Shown: positions 50,301-62,645 of the stretch, one piece after another
How positions within the stretch are numbered: the first letter of the stretch is position 1
Layout: every line of letters begins with the position of its first letter
DNA from: Hypanus sabinus
Lineage: Eukaryota
Reading direction: 5' to 3'
NCBI RefSeq assembly: GCF_030144855.1
Contig: NC_082715.1
Coordinates: 31,620,001 to 31,684,000 of the forward strand
DNA: 64,000 bases
Position numbers and translations under genes: made by a program
The notes under the pieces: model-generated
What the model saw: only the letters and a program-made list of their open reading frames with translations
The model's database searches: none
Told to the model about the DNA's origin: nothing

Positions 50301-53300
50301 AGTTCAAACATGTACCAGTTGGTAGGGTAGATGTTCATTGTAAACTGTCCCATGACTAGATTAGGATTAAATCGGTGGATTGTTGGGTGGCATGGCTTAA
50401 AGGTCCTATTCCATGTAGTATCTCAATAAATAAATAAAAATAATTTTTTTTAAAAATGTGCAGGTAGAGGAGTTCCAATTCGTCCATTGCCCTTACCCTT
50501 CCACAGTGAAGTTGTATAACTACGGTGATTTCAAAGAAGGATGACAGACAGGTTACTGTGGCTGCAGTCACTGCACTGGTGGTGGACAGGGAGAATTCAA
50601 GGTTTTGTGTTATTTTAAGGACATCACTCCCAGCTCTGGTTTGACTTTCCACTTCAGCAGCTTCAGTTTTCCAAACTTATCCTGATAGCTAAAGATACTT
50701 CAGCTAAGTAACTTCCAACTAGGATCTTTTGCATGATCTGTCATCTAGAAGAACATATAGTTCTAAACAGTGTTCGCAATATCAATGACAAAGGTCTCTT
50801 AGACTCATTTGTAGATACTGGGGATATTTGAATTTTCCAGATTCAAAATGATAAGTTTTTTTATTATAAAGATTATGGATATATATATATGTATATATCT
50901 CTATAATATAGATTCACAGCAGCATTATATAAATGAACAGCACAGTAGCCTCAAAGGATTGACTCCTTTTGTTCCTGAAATGCAAGGCATTTATTAAGTT
51001 TACAAAAATATATGATTTAACAATATGTCTCACCTTGGAGGCTTTCCTTCAAGTCGCCTTCTCCCCTCCATCTGCATCTGAACTTTCACCAGATCTGTTG
51101 GGCTGGCAAAAAATTGTCCAATGGCACCAGATATCATTCCTCCCAGTACAGCTTTCCTGCCCAAAGGTAGATACAAGTAAAAAGCACAATTGGATTTTAA
51201 TCTTTCATTGTTTTTCCATATATATTCCTTCCATGGAATTTGTGCCTCTTCATCATTTCATCAAAGTGTGAAAAACTGTCTCAGAATCACAATGCCAGGA
51301 TTAAATTATCCAAAACTTACTTTATTTGAATATGTTACCTTGATCATTTATTTTAAACCTTTCTTTGTTGCCCATCAATTTCTCCCACCCTGTATGCATT
51401 ATTTTTATTTAACAGACTGTATTTTTTCCACTTCTGACGTTACAACTAAATACTAAAATGTTGACTTAAAAGAGTAACAGATTTGAAAGCTCAGTCTGTT
51501 ACAAACGTTACTAGCTTTTGGCTTGATTCTGCTGGCACCATGTCTAATGCTATATAATACCTATTACTTTGTCATATATTAAGATTTATTTTATTTCTTA
51601 CATCCAGCTCACAACATGAGGGAGTAAGAATCTTTTATGTTGCATCTCTATCCCAATGTACAAGTAATAGGAAGGGGAACGTGAGAGGATATTACCCAAA
51701 CACTAAGACTGTGTATATATTTTTTTTGTATACATGTTTGTACTGTCTGGTTCACAATCAGACCAACATACAGTCAGATATGCAATTAGATCAATGTGTA
51801 TTGATGAATCTGATGGCCTGGTGAAAGAAGCTATCCCAGAGACGGTTGGTCCTGGCCTTAAAACTGTGGTATTGTTTGCCAAATGGAAGCAGCTGAAACA
51901 GTTCGTGGTTGGTGTGGCTAGAGTCCCTGATGATCCCCTGGGCCCTTTTTACGCACCTGCTGCTGTAAGTGTCCTGAATAGAGGGAAGTTCACATCCGCA
52001 GATGTGCTGGGCTGTCCGCACATCTTATCAATGAGAGATGATAAGGTAGCAGTGAGGGAAACACAGTGCCTAAAACGTTATTGAAAAGGGCAACTAAATG
52101 ATTGATTAAATAATCAGATTGCAGACTTGTGAAATTAATAGTGCATGAATTGAGAAGGAAGTGTACATTAGATATGGTGAATTCAATGTCAAATCAATAG
52201 CACAAAGAAATAAATCCCAAATTAGCAGTGGGAATGCACAGAAAACATAAGGTACTTTTGCTTTAATGCTATGTATTTTAAATTTGTAATGTTATGTATT
52301 TTAAATTTGTAATTATTCATTTTCAAAGGAATAAGATAGACTACTTGTAATATTTAACTTACAGTATGTCAGAGAATAACTGGCAGTGATTAGATGTGAG
52401 TGGATGTCATATTGTATCTACATTGATTACAGGAGGTACACTACTTTGACAGCAAATTTCATGCTCTTTATTAGATTATCTACCTGCAATAATCAGAATT
52501 TCTTTGAAAATGCAGCATTTTAAATAATCCAATGATTATTATATCCTGTGTAGTCTTCCACAGTCAGTAACTCTAACATACCTCCCTTAAGGACTCAAAC
52601 TAGGGCCAAAAGGACAATTAACCCAACTCAAAATATCAAAACCATAGTGTTGTGTACATGAGTGCAGTGTGCCACAGCAAAAGGAAAGCAGCTAGAAATG
52701 AATTACAAGGTCATTGGTATTCATTGTGGGAAATGTGTCTAAACTGCTGGCTACTGGCGAAAATAAAAATAATAAATCCTTTTCCTTCATCTTTCTATTT
52801 TTGACATTTGTGTAAAGGATACTACAAAAGACCTTTATGTTAACCAAGAAAAAAGTGAACCAAGTTGATAATCTTATTTCACAGTTGTCCTTCACATTTA
52901 CCACAAAGGGAAGTAGCCATCATCGTTCTTCTTAAGTAGTGAATCACGAAGCTGTTCGTATGCAACCATCCGTACACCTGAATACACTGGTACCCAACAC
53001 AGAGAAATGAAAGAATATTAGTGAGAATAAAGGCCACGTTCAGAATGCAAACACAATAAGTGGATATTACACTAATTTTTCTTTTTGCTTTCAGCACATC
53101 ATACTTTTACCAAAATGGTGAGAGGATGGTGGACAATCTGCTGACAAGTCTATTCATTTTCAACCAGTTTATGAATCACAAAACATTGCTTTCTAACATA
53201 TCCTGACATATGTGTATGTCGATACGGCCAATTAGCACTTGCATCATCTCTCATCACAGCACCCGGGACCTGGATCAACTGTGGGAGAATTTGTCACCGT

Positions 53301-54948
53301 AGTGATTACAGAGCTAGTAGAGCACTGTATCACAGCTCTAGAAACCCACTTTCAATTCTGATCACTGGTACATCTGCATGCAGTTTGTATGTTCTCCCTG
53401 TGACCATGTGCATTTCCTCCCACACGCCAAAACTGTGCAGGTTGGGAGATTATTTGGCCTCCATAAATTGTCTGTATTATACAAATAACAGGTAGAATCT
53501 GGGGGGTGGGGAAAATAATCAATAGAAAGTACAAAGAATAAATGGGTTAGGGTAGAATTAGTGTAATAAAATTAAGTGTGTGTTTGTGAGAATTCAGTGG
53601 GCCAAAGGGCCTACTTTAATGCAGAATCCTTCCCCAACTCTATGACATCCCATAATCTACCTTGCTACTTTTGATGTCATGTCAGATTTTAATTCACATT
53701 GCTCCAGTTTTTCATAGATCCTTTATATTTAGGCTTACATGCTGTAAGCCACCTAATGAATATATAAAATGCAAGCTGCTAGCTTTACAGAAAATAGTTC
53801 TTTATGTGATAAAGTTAGTATCATGCACTTCTGCAATGAGGCAGCAAAGTATGTCACAGAATGAACACAGCACTCAACATTTCTAACCATTAAGTGTAAT
53901 CCAAGAGAAACTTGTATATCAAGAAAATGGGCACAGGAATGGTACAGCATTGAATTAAAACTTTGATTACTTAACGAATAAAACAGTACAACATTTTTCA
54001 ACAGGCTATCACCTATATGTCTGTAGATGGCAGGAGTGACACCTTGCCACAGCCTAAACAGGCCCTCCTCTTTAACTATTCCAAAGGCTGTCTGTATCAT
54101 TCCCCTGTAAGGCTTCGATGTTTTATGCAATTGATCAGCTGCTTCCCCTTGAATCTGAAGTCTTGTTTTAGTCAAATCAAGTGGAAACGTTACTAAAACA
54201 GAAAAAGGGTAATTAACATAATAACAAATAAATATAACATAGAATTAATAAAATTCTATAAACTATCAGCCTGGATCTGTACAGTTTGCAAATATGCTAC
54301 CAAATATTCTGGTGCCTGTTTTACAATCATAAGCAGCCATTCATAACATACCTACATATTTATGCAAGCTACTCCCAGTGTTTCTATACCGAACCTTATA
54401 TCAGTTATCATTTAACAAAAGTCAAACATCGCTCTCTTTAGTACTCCAATACCTCTCATGCATTCAGGACTTTTTTTTTAAACCAAGCTGACTTTGCATT
54501 CCTATGACTATTCACTTTAATTCTTTCTGAAACTTTCCTAATTTAAAAAAAATACAACTCACAAGATATGTGTTGACAATACTTCTAAACTATTGGGTTT
54601 CTTTACAATGGCGTTTCCTTAGTTTTCAAAAAAAATTATGATCAGATGTGTATATTTATTCTCTTGCTAAACTTATCAAACAACTTTTGACCCTAACAGT
54701 GAATCACTCCTCCCCCTCAGGAGTGAGGTGAATCGGTCTGATTTAGTTGCAATTAATTGGGCAGCTGGATAGTTAATAAAAATACAACCGATCTAAATGC
54801 AAACGGAAAACTTTTGAACCTTACACACAAAAGGTCAAAATGTACCACCTGTCTCTGCCACAGCGGCGGCGCAGGCCGTCAGCACAAACTTAGCAGGCAG
54901 GGCATGCCTGGCCCAGGCTGGCTGTTGCCCACCGCCCTGCCGGCTCAT
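41304..54948 (-). CDS. SLC25A27: Mitochondrial uncoupling protein 4 (SLC25A27), 317 aa, 9 exons: 54849-54948, 54013-54192, 52902-52986, 51034-51156, 49836-49948, 48980-49064, 47423-47515, 41480-41582, 41304-41375
   Basis: 954-nt spliced ORF, all introns GT-AG and phase-consistent. Three carrier signatures ([24 protein letters not shown]) and UCP4-type strings [38 protein letters not shown] and [15 protein letters not shown]. Confidence 0.97.
41480..41582 (-). CDS. SLC25A27: SLC25A27 exon 8
   Basis: [34 protein letters not shown], 103 nt, phase-0 donor. Confidence 0.95.
41899..42365. mobile_element. Tigger/pogo-like non-autonomous DNA transposon remnant
   Basis: ta|cagtggattacagttacttgggg terminus; degenerate. 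Confidence 0.45.
43188..44405 (-). mobile_element. Penelope-like retroelement, 5'-truncated (RT C-terminus, GIY-YIG endonuclease, pLTR)
   Basis: ORF 43529..43855 FTCES-x-GVIYC...CGLLFIGET...LGDHFVEH (PLE GIY-YIG); ORF 43877..44260 PLVLTYHP linker; hammerhead-like motif at 43242-43277. Confidence 0.92.
44540..45838 (+). mobile_element. Degenerate CR1 LINE
   Basis: [22 protein letters not shown] and MDFSKAFD remnants and CR1 3' UTR. Confidence 0.8.
45870..47310 (+). mobile_element. Rex1/Babar-type LINE, RT region to 3' tail
   Basis: [38 protein letters not shown] and SFKFLGV; tail aataaacctgattctgattc. Confidence 0.9.
47423..47515 (-). CDS. SLC25A27: SLC25A27 exon 7
   Basis: [30 protein letters not shown], 93 nt. 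Confidence 0.95.
48530..48672 (-). mobile_element. Small Penelope GIY-YIG C-terminal fragment
   Basis: Homologous to 43510-43640. Confidence 0.6.
48980..49064 (-). CDS. SLC25A27: SLC25A27 exon 6
   Basis: [28 protein letters not shown], 85 nt. Confidence 0.95.
49445..49616 (-). mobile_element. tRNA-derived SINE (HE1/V-SINE-like)
   Basis: Head ggcagcacagtagcatagtggttagcac (A box) and central tgtatgttctccc...ttcctcccacagtccaaaga; relatives at about 50220-50435 (+), 53260-53645 (+) and 36965-37190 (-). Confidence 0.7.
49836..49948 (-). CDS. SLC25A27: SLC25A27 exon 5
   Basis: [37 protein letters not shown], 113 nt. Confidence 0.95.
51034..51156 (-). CDS. SLC25A27: SLC25A27 exon 4
   Basis: [40 protein letters not shown], 123 nt. 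Confidence 0.95.
51570..52025 (-). mobile_element. Rex1/Babar-type LINE 3' fragment
   Basis: ORF 51791..52021 ([20 protein letters not shown]). Confidence 0.7.
52902..52986 (-). CDS. SLC25A27: SLC25A27 exon 3
   Basis: [29 protein letters not shown], 85 nt. Confidence 0.95.
53260..53645 (+). mobile_element. HE1-like SINE remnant
   Basis: gtttgtatgttctccctgtgacc...ttcctcccacacgccaaaa core and CR1-like tail. Confidence 0.55.
54013..54192 (-). CDS. SLC25A27: SLC25A27 exon 2
   Basis: [16 protein letters not shown]...PAIYRHI, 180 nt. Confidence 0.95.
54849..54948 (-). CDS. SLC25A27: SLC25A27 exon 1 (MSRQGGG...[14 protein letters not shown])
   Basis: ATG at 54948; donor ACAG|gtggta. Confidence 0.88.
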
Positions 54949-55335
54949 CGCACTGAGTCAGCCCGGAGAGCACACTCCGATGGATCAAACATTAAAAAAA
55001 AAGAAACGATAATCAGCGGTGCGCATGTATTTTCTGACGCAAAGGAAAAGGTTACGCGTCGTGTCCGAATAAGAATGCAGCCGGCAGACAGGCGCCGGTC
55101 AGAGTGAGCGAGATCGAGCCGTGAGGAACTAGGCCGCTGGACCGGGGGCGGTGGCGGAGCCGCCGACTGCCCGGTTCTCGATGCAGACGGGAAGGGGAAT
55201 GTCCGTTCAGAGTGCGCCTGCTCGCACCGACTCACCGGCAAAGGGCTGCGAGCATTGACCGTGCTGAACGAGGGACAACTCATTGCGTTCAAATATTTGA
55301 ACGACAAAGTGCAGATTTGATCGAGAACAGAAGAC
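54850..55335 (-). promoter_or_regulatory. CpG island / promoter of SLC25A27
   Basis: CpG-rich; GC box gggggcggtgg; NRF1-like tgcgcatg (about 55020) and tgcgcctgc (about 55213); strong minus-strand donor CCG|gtgagt at 55236 suggests a 5' UTR exon. Confidence 0.7.
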
Positions 55336-55446
55336 AAGAAGGAAATTAAGTCTCACATTAAATGTTTTAGGTGTCTGCATTTTAACCTTTATTATTTTGT
55401 ACTGTGTTTAAGTATCAGGCGTTTAGCGTCGCAGCGAGGCATGGAC

Positions 55447-58400
55447 GAGTCCATAAAACCACAAGATAGAGGAGCTGAATTAGGCCATTTGGCCCATCGC
55501 GTCTGCTCTGCCATTTCATCATGGCTGATCCAATTTTCCTCTCGGCCCCAATCTTCTGCCTTCTTGCTGTATCACTTTATACCCTCAATCAAGAATCCAT
55601 TAACCTCTGCCTTAAATTTACCCAAGGACTTGACCTGCACAGCTGTCTGTGGCAAATAATTCCACAGATTCACCACTCTCTGCTAAAGAATTCCTCCTCC
55701 TCTCTGTTCTAAAAGGACACCCTTCTACTCTGAGGCTGTATCCTCTCATCTTAGTCTCTTCCACCATAGAAAACATCCTCTCCAGATCCACTCTTTCAAC
55801 ATTCTTCTGAATTCTAGTGAATACAGGCCCAGACCCATCAAATGCCCTTCATATGTCTAGAGATTCAATCCTGGAAGAATTTTCATGAAACTATTGAGCC
55901 CTCTCCAGTTTCAGCACATACTTTCTAAGATAAAGATAAGGGTCCCAAATCTGCTCACAATACTTATAGTGGGGTCTGACCAATGCTTTATAAAGTCTCA
56001 ACATTACAATCTTTACATTCTAGTCCTCTTGAAATGAATGCTAATATTGCATTTGCCTTCCTCACCACAGACTCAGCCTGTGAATTAACCTTTAGGGAAT
56101 CCTGCACAAGGACACCCAAGTTACTTTGCACCTCAGTTTTTTGTGTATTTTATCCCCATTTAGAAAATAGTCAACCCTTTCATTTCTTCAACCAAAGTGC
56201 ATGACTATACACTTCCCAACTCTGTATTCCATCTGCCATTTCTTTGTCCATTCTCCCAATCTGTCTAAGTCTTTCCTGAAAACTACCTGCCCCTCCACCT
56301 ATCTTCATATTGTCTGCAAACATTGCAACAAAGCCATCAATTCCATTATCTAAATCATTGACATATAATGTAGAAAGAATTGGTCCCAACACAAAACCCC
56401 GAGGAACACCACTAGTCACTGGCAGCCAGCCAGAAAAGGATCCCCTTCTTCCCATTCTTTGCCTCCTGCCAATCAGTCACTTCTTTATCCATGCTAGAAT
56501 GTTTCCTGTAATAGCATACACACTGAGCTTGTTATGCAGCCTTGTGTGGCACCTTGTCAAGGACCTTCTGAAAATCCAAGTACACAACATCAACCGATTC
56601 TCCTTTGACTATCCTGCTTGTTATTTCTTCCAAGAATTCCAACAGAATGTCAGGGAAGATTTTCCCTTGAGGAAACTATGCTGACTACAGCTTATTTTAT
56701 CATCTGCCTCCAAGTTCACTGAGACCTCATCCTTAATAATCGACTCCCAACATCTTCCCAACCACAGACGTCAGACTAACTGGCCAATAGGTTCATTTCT
56801 TCTGCCTCTCTCCTGGAAGAGTGGAGTGACATTTGCAATTTTCCAGTCTTCCAGAACCATTCCAGAATCTAGTGACTCTTGAAGTATCATTACTAATGCC
56901 TCCACAATCTCTTCAGCCACTTCTTTCAGATCAATGGCATGTGCACCATCTGATCCAGATACTTATCTACCTGCTGACCTTTCAGTTTCACAAGAACCTT
57001 CTCTCTAGTTATGGTAATTTTACACACTTCATGCCCTTTGACACCGGAAACTTCCACCATACTGCTAGTGTCTTCCACAATGACGACTGATGCAAAATAC
57101 TTATTCACTATTTCTGCCATTTCGTTGTCCCCCATTATTACTTTTCCAGCATCATTTTCCAGGGGTTCTATATCCACTCTTACCTCTTTTTTTCATTATA
57201 TGAATCTGAAGTAACTTTTGGTATCTTGTTTAATATTATCGGCTAGCTTACTTTGGTATTCCATCTTTACCTTCTTAATGACTTTTTCAGTTGCCTTCTG
57301 TTGGTTTTTAAAAGGTGCAATAATAACGGGGTTGTCGTGATGGGAGATTTTAATTTCCCAATATTGATTGGCATCTCCCTTGAGCAAAGGGTTTAGATGG
57401 GATGGAATTTGTTAGGTGTGTTCATAAAGTTTCCTGACACAATTTGTAGGTAAGCCTACAAGAGGAGAGGCTGTACTTGATCTGGTATTGGGAAATGAAC
57501 CTGGTCAGGTGTCAAGTCTCTCAGTGGGAGAGCATTTTGGAGATAGTGATCACAATTCTATCTCCTTTACCATAGCATTGGAGAGGACTAGGAGCAGACA
57601 AGTTAGGAAAATGTTTAATTGGAGTAAGGGGAAACATGAGGCTATCAGGCAGGAACTTGGAAGCATAAATTGAGTGGGTGTTCTCAGGGAAATGTATGGC
57701 AGAAATGTGGCAAATGTTCAGGGGATATTTGCGTGGCGTTCTGCATAGGTTCATTCCATTGAGACAGAAAGGTTGGCAGCATACAAGAACCATGGTGTAC
57801 AAAGGCTGATGAAAATCTAGTCAAGAAGAAAAGCGTACGGAAGGTCAAAATAACTAGGTAATGATAGAGATCTATAAAATTATAAGGCTAGCAGGAAGCT
57901 TAAGAATGAAATTAGGAGAGCCAGAAGGGGCCGTGAGAAGGACTTGGCAAGCAGGGATAAGGATAACCTCAAGGCGTTCTACAAGTGTGTGAAGAGCAAG
58001 AAGATTAGACGTGAGAGTTTAAGACCAATCAAGTGTGACAGTGGGAAAGTGTATATGGAACCTGAGGAGGTAGCTGAGGTACTTAATGAATATTTTGCTT
58101 CAGTATTCACTATAGAAAAGGACGTTGGCGATTGTAGGGATGACTTACAGTGGACTGAAAAGCTTGAGCATGTAGATATTTAGAACGAGGATGTGCTGGA
58201 GCTTCTGGAAAGTATCAAGTTGGATATGTCATCAGGACTGGATGGGATGTACCCCAGGTTACTGTGGGAAGCGAGGGAGGAGATTGTTGAGCCTCTGGCA
58301 ATGATCTTTCCATCATCGATGTGGATGGGAGAGGTTCCGGAGGATTGGAGGGTGACAGATGTTGTTCCCTTATTCAAGAAAGGGAGTAGAGATATCCCAG

Positions 58401-61400
58401 GAAATTATAGACCAGTGAGACTTACTTCAGTGGTTGGTAAATTGATGGAAAAGATCATGAGAGGCAGGATTTATGAACATTTGGAGAGGCATAATAAGAT
58501 TAGGTATAGTCAGCATGGTTTTGTCAAAGGCAGGACGTGCCTTATGAGCCTGATTGAATTTTTTGAGGATGTGACTAAACACATTGATGAAGGTAGAGCA
58601 GTTGGTATAGTGTATATGGATTTCAGTAAGGCATTTGATAAGGTACCCCATGCAAGGCTTATTGAGAATGTAAGGAGGCATGGATTCAAGGGGACCTTGC
58701 TTTGTGGATCCAGAACTGGCTTGCCCACAGAAGGCACAGAGTGGTTGTAGATGGGTCATATTCTGCATGGAGGTCAGGGACCAATGGTGTGGCTCAGGGA
58801 TCTGTTCTGGGACTTTACTCTTTGTGATTTTTATAAATGACCTGGATGAGGAAGAGAAGGGATGGGTTAGTAAATTTGCTGATGACACAAAGGTTGGGGG
58901 TATTGTGCATGGTGTGGAGGGCTGTCAGAGGTTAAGCGGGACATCAATAGGATGCAAAGCTGGGCTGAGAAGTGGCAGATGGAGTTCTACCCAGAGAAGT
59001 GTGAAGTGGTTCATTTTGGTAGGTCAAATATGATAGCAGAATGGTAAGACTCGGCAGTGTGGAGGATCAGAGAGATCTTGGGGTCTAAGTCCATTGGACA
59101 CTCAAAGCTGCTGTGCAAGTTGATTCTGTGGTTAAGAAGGCGTACGGTGAATTGGCCTTCATCAATTGTGGAATTGAATTTAGGAGCCGAGAGGTAATGT
59201 TGCAGCGATATAGGACCCTGGTCGGACCCCACTTGGAGTACTGTGCTTAGCTCTGGTCTCCTCACTACAGGAAGGGCATGGAAACTGTAGAAAAGGTGTA
59301 GATGAGATTTACAAGAATGTTGCTGGATTGGGGAGCATGCCTTATGAGAATAGGTTGAGTGAACTTGGCCGTTTCTCCTTGGAGTGATGAAGGATGAGAG
59401 GTGACCTGATAGAGGTGTATAAGATGACTAGAGACATTGATCGTGTGGATAGTCAGAAGCTTTTTCCCAGGACTGAAATAGCTAAGATGAGAGGGCACAG
59501 TTTTAAGCTGCTTGGAAGTAGGTACAGAGGGGATGTCAAGGGTATGTTTTTTTACGCAGAGAGGTGAGAGTGTGGAATGGGCTGCCGGCAACGGTAGTGG
59601 AGACGGATACAATAGGGTTAAGAGACTCCTGGATAGGTACATGGAGCTTAGAAAAATAGAGGGCTATGGGTAACCCTTGGTTATTTCTAAAGTGCGTGTT
59701 CAGTACAACATTGTGAACCAAAGGGCCTGTATTGTGCTGTAGTGTTTTCTATGTTTCCCAATCCTCTAAATTCCCACTAATTTTTGCTCTATTATATGCC
59801 CTCTTGTAGGCTTTGCCTTCTCTTGTTAGTCATGGTTGTGTCATTTTTCTTTTAAAATACTTCTTCCTCTTTGGGAAGTATGGATCCTGTGCCTTCTAAA
59901 TTGCTTCCAGAGATTCCAGCTATTGCCACTGCCGTCGTCCCTGCCAGTGTTCTTTTCGAGTCAATTCTGGCCAACTCCTCTGTCATGTCTCTGTAATTCC
60001 CTTTACTCCACTGTAGTACTGATACATCTGACTTTAGCTTCCCCTTCTCAAATTTCAGGGTAAATTTGATCATGTTATGAGCACTTTCCTCAAATGGCTC
60101 TTTTACCTTAAACTCCCTAATCAATTCTGGTTCATTGCACAACACCCAATAAAGAATAGCTGATCGTCTAGTAGGCTTAACCATGAGCTGCTCTAAAATG
60201 CCATCTCATAGGCTGTCTAGAAATTCCCCCTCCTTGAGTACAGCACTAATCTGACTCTCCCAATCTACCTGCATAATGAAGTCTCCCATGCCTATTATTG
60301 CGTTGGCATTTCTATCTCCCACTGTAATTTGCGGATCACATCCTTACTACTGTTTGGGTGTCTGTATGCAACCAATCAGGGTCTTTTTACCCTTGCAGTT
60401 CCTTAGCTCTATCCACAATGATTCAACACATTCCAACCCTCTTTCACCTCTTTCTAATGATTTGATTTCATTTTTTACCAACAGAGTAACACCACCCCCT
60501 CTGCCTTCCCCCTCCTTTCAATACAACGTGTATCCTTGGACATTAAGCTCTCAGTGATAATCTTTCAGCCATGATTTACTGATGCCTACAATATCATATC
60601 TGCAACTGTGCTGCAAGTTAATCTACCTTATTCTGTATACCACACACATTCCGATACAACACCTATAGTTCTGTATTCAGCCTTTATAATTTTGTTGCAC
60701 CATGCTCAACCTTTTGATTCCTAACTTTGTCTGAGGTCTTATCAACATCTGCCTCCACAACCTCTTCACTAACAGTTCTGGCACTCTGGTTCCAATCCCC
60801 CTGAAACTCTAGCTTAAACCCCACCATGCTGCATTAATAAACCTTCCCACTACGATACTAGTCCCCCTCCAGTTCAGGTGCAAACTATCCCTTCTGTACA
60901 GGTCCCACCTTCCCTGGGAGAGAGTCCGATGATACAAAAAAATCTCTTGACCTCCCTCCTACATCAACTCCTCAGCCACAAATTAAACTGCATAATCTTC
61001 CTAGTTCTGGCCTCACTAGCATGTGGCACAGGTAGCAATCCAAGATCACATTCCCAGAGGTTCTACCCTTTAACTTAGCACCCAACTCCATGAACTCCCT
61101 ATGCAGAACCTCGTCACTTGTCCTTCCAATGTCATTGGTACCTAAATGGACTATGACTTGTGGTTTTTCACTTTCCCACTTAAGAATCCCGGACCCTGGC
61201 ACCCAGAAGGCAACATACCATCCAGGAAACTCCTTCTTGCCCACATATCCTCTTGTCCATGCCCGATTTAACAAATCTCTTATAACCACTGCACATCTCT
61301 TCTTTCCTCTTCCATTCTGAGTCACAGAGGCAGACAGTGCCAGAGAACCAACCACTGTGATTTTCCTCTGTTAGTTGATATCTCCTGACGGTATCCAAAG

Positions 61401-61900
61401 TGATATACCTGTCGTTGAAGGGATGGTCACAGGGATACTCTGCACTGGCTCCTTAATCCTTTTCCTTTTCCAGACTATCACCCAGTTTCATGTGTCCTGC
61501 ACCTTGGGTGTAACTACCTCTCAATATGTTCCATCTATCGCCCCTTCAGCCTTCCAAATGATCCGGAATTAATTCAGCTCCAACACCTTAACACAATTGT
61601 TAGAAGCTGCAGCTGGATGCACTTCTCGCGGTTGTAGTGGTCAGGGACACTGGAGGTCTCCCTGCCTTCCCACATCCTGCAAGAGGAGCATTGCACGATT
61701 CTACTGTCCCACCTGAGCAGATATAAAGTGAAGGATAAACTTGAGCTTTTCTTTCCTTTGCTTTCTCTGAGTGAAGCCTCAAAAGAGTCAAGCTTTAGTT
61801 TATAATTTTGCTCACTGATGACGACAAAATCTGAACCTTTGATATCCAGGATCTGCATCCCTTGCTCTAACACAAGCCCTTACTACCCCTACCTTTCATT
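55447..61900 (-). mobile_element. Near full-length degenerate CR1 LINE (ORF1 and ORF2), split by a nested CR1
   Basis: ORF1 zinc finger VQCSSCRMWE and SGNH-esterase VHLGTNDIG (60972-61873); ORF2 APE and RT remnants; host sequence is continuous across 57313/59754. Confidence 0.88.
57314..59753 (+). mobile_element. Younger CR1 LINE, nested; same subfamily as 24851-27740
   Basis: ORFs 57488..57673 and 58193..58750 (DFSKAFDKVPH); tttctatgtttc tail; near-identical peptides to the 25-27 kb copy. Confidence 0.92.
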
Positions 61901-62645
61901 CTTCCACTCCACCTGAGCATCCTATAATACACCCTCTTGGTCCCCAGGCAAGCAAAAATCGAGGGAGCAAAGATGCCAATTCAGTACACCAATTTAAAAC
62001 ACAAATCCTGACACAAGCCTGAACAAAAGAACAGGAAACTTAATGCAGATCAAACAAACTTTTTGACAAGCTTGGATATTCAATAGGAATAAAGATCCGA
62101 AGTCACCTGTTCCAGTCTGATGATTCAGGAAAAGTGAACTTGTCGGGGAGCTATGATAAATTGGTAAAAAGTCTGTAAGGTTTGGGATAAATATGTTGTC
62201 ACAAAAGAAGTGATGGGTCCTGCTAAATCTAGATGACAAGATACTTAGAAGCAGGATAAAGCAAGAAATGGAAACATGCCAAAGACAGGAACAGTAGAAG
62301 GTCTGGAAATGTACAGAGTGGAGGGATGAAATTAGAAATCAAGCATTAAATATATAGATGAGCAAATTCAAAGAAAATCTAAAGATGTTTTACAAAGTGC
62401 AAGAGGATAACGAAAGAACGCATATTAGGGATGAAAAAGTAACTTACATGTGGAAGCAGACAATGTGGTAAGGTTCTTAATGACTATTTTTGCAATGCAT
62501 TCACAAGAGAGAGTTTGACGTGGCATTTCAGGTAAATGCCATGAAACATTGGATGGGATAAACATAATAAAATGAGTGTTAACAGATTTAACATTTTAAA
62601 AAAGAATAATTTACCAGGTGCAGAGGAGAAAATTTCTGTTTGATT

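Noticed and set aside
54757-55337. 116-aa and 130-aa ORFs as a divergent gene such as CYP39A1
   Set aside because: GC-rich promoter artefacts with non-ATG starts; no P450 N-terminal anchor or motifs.
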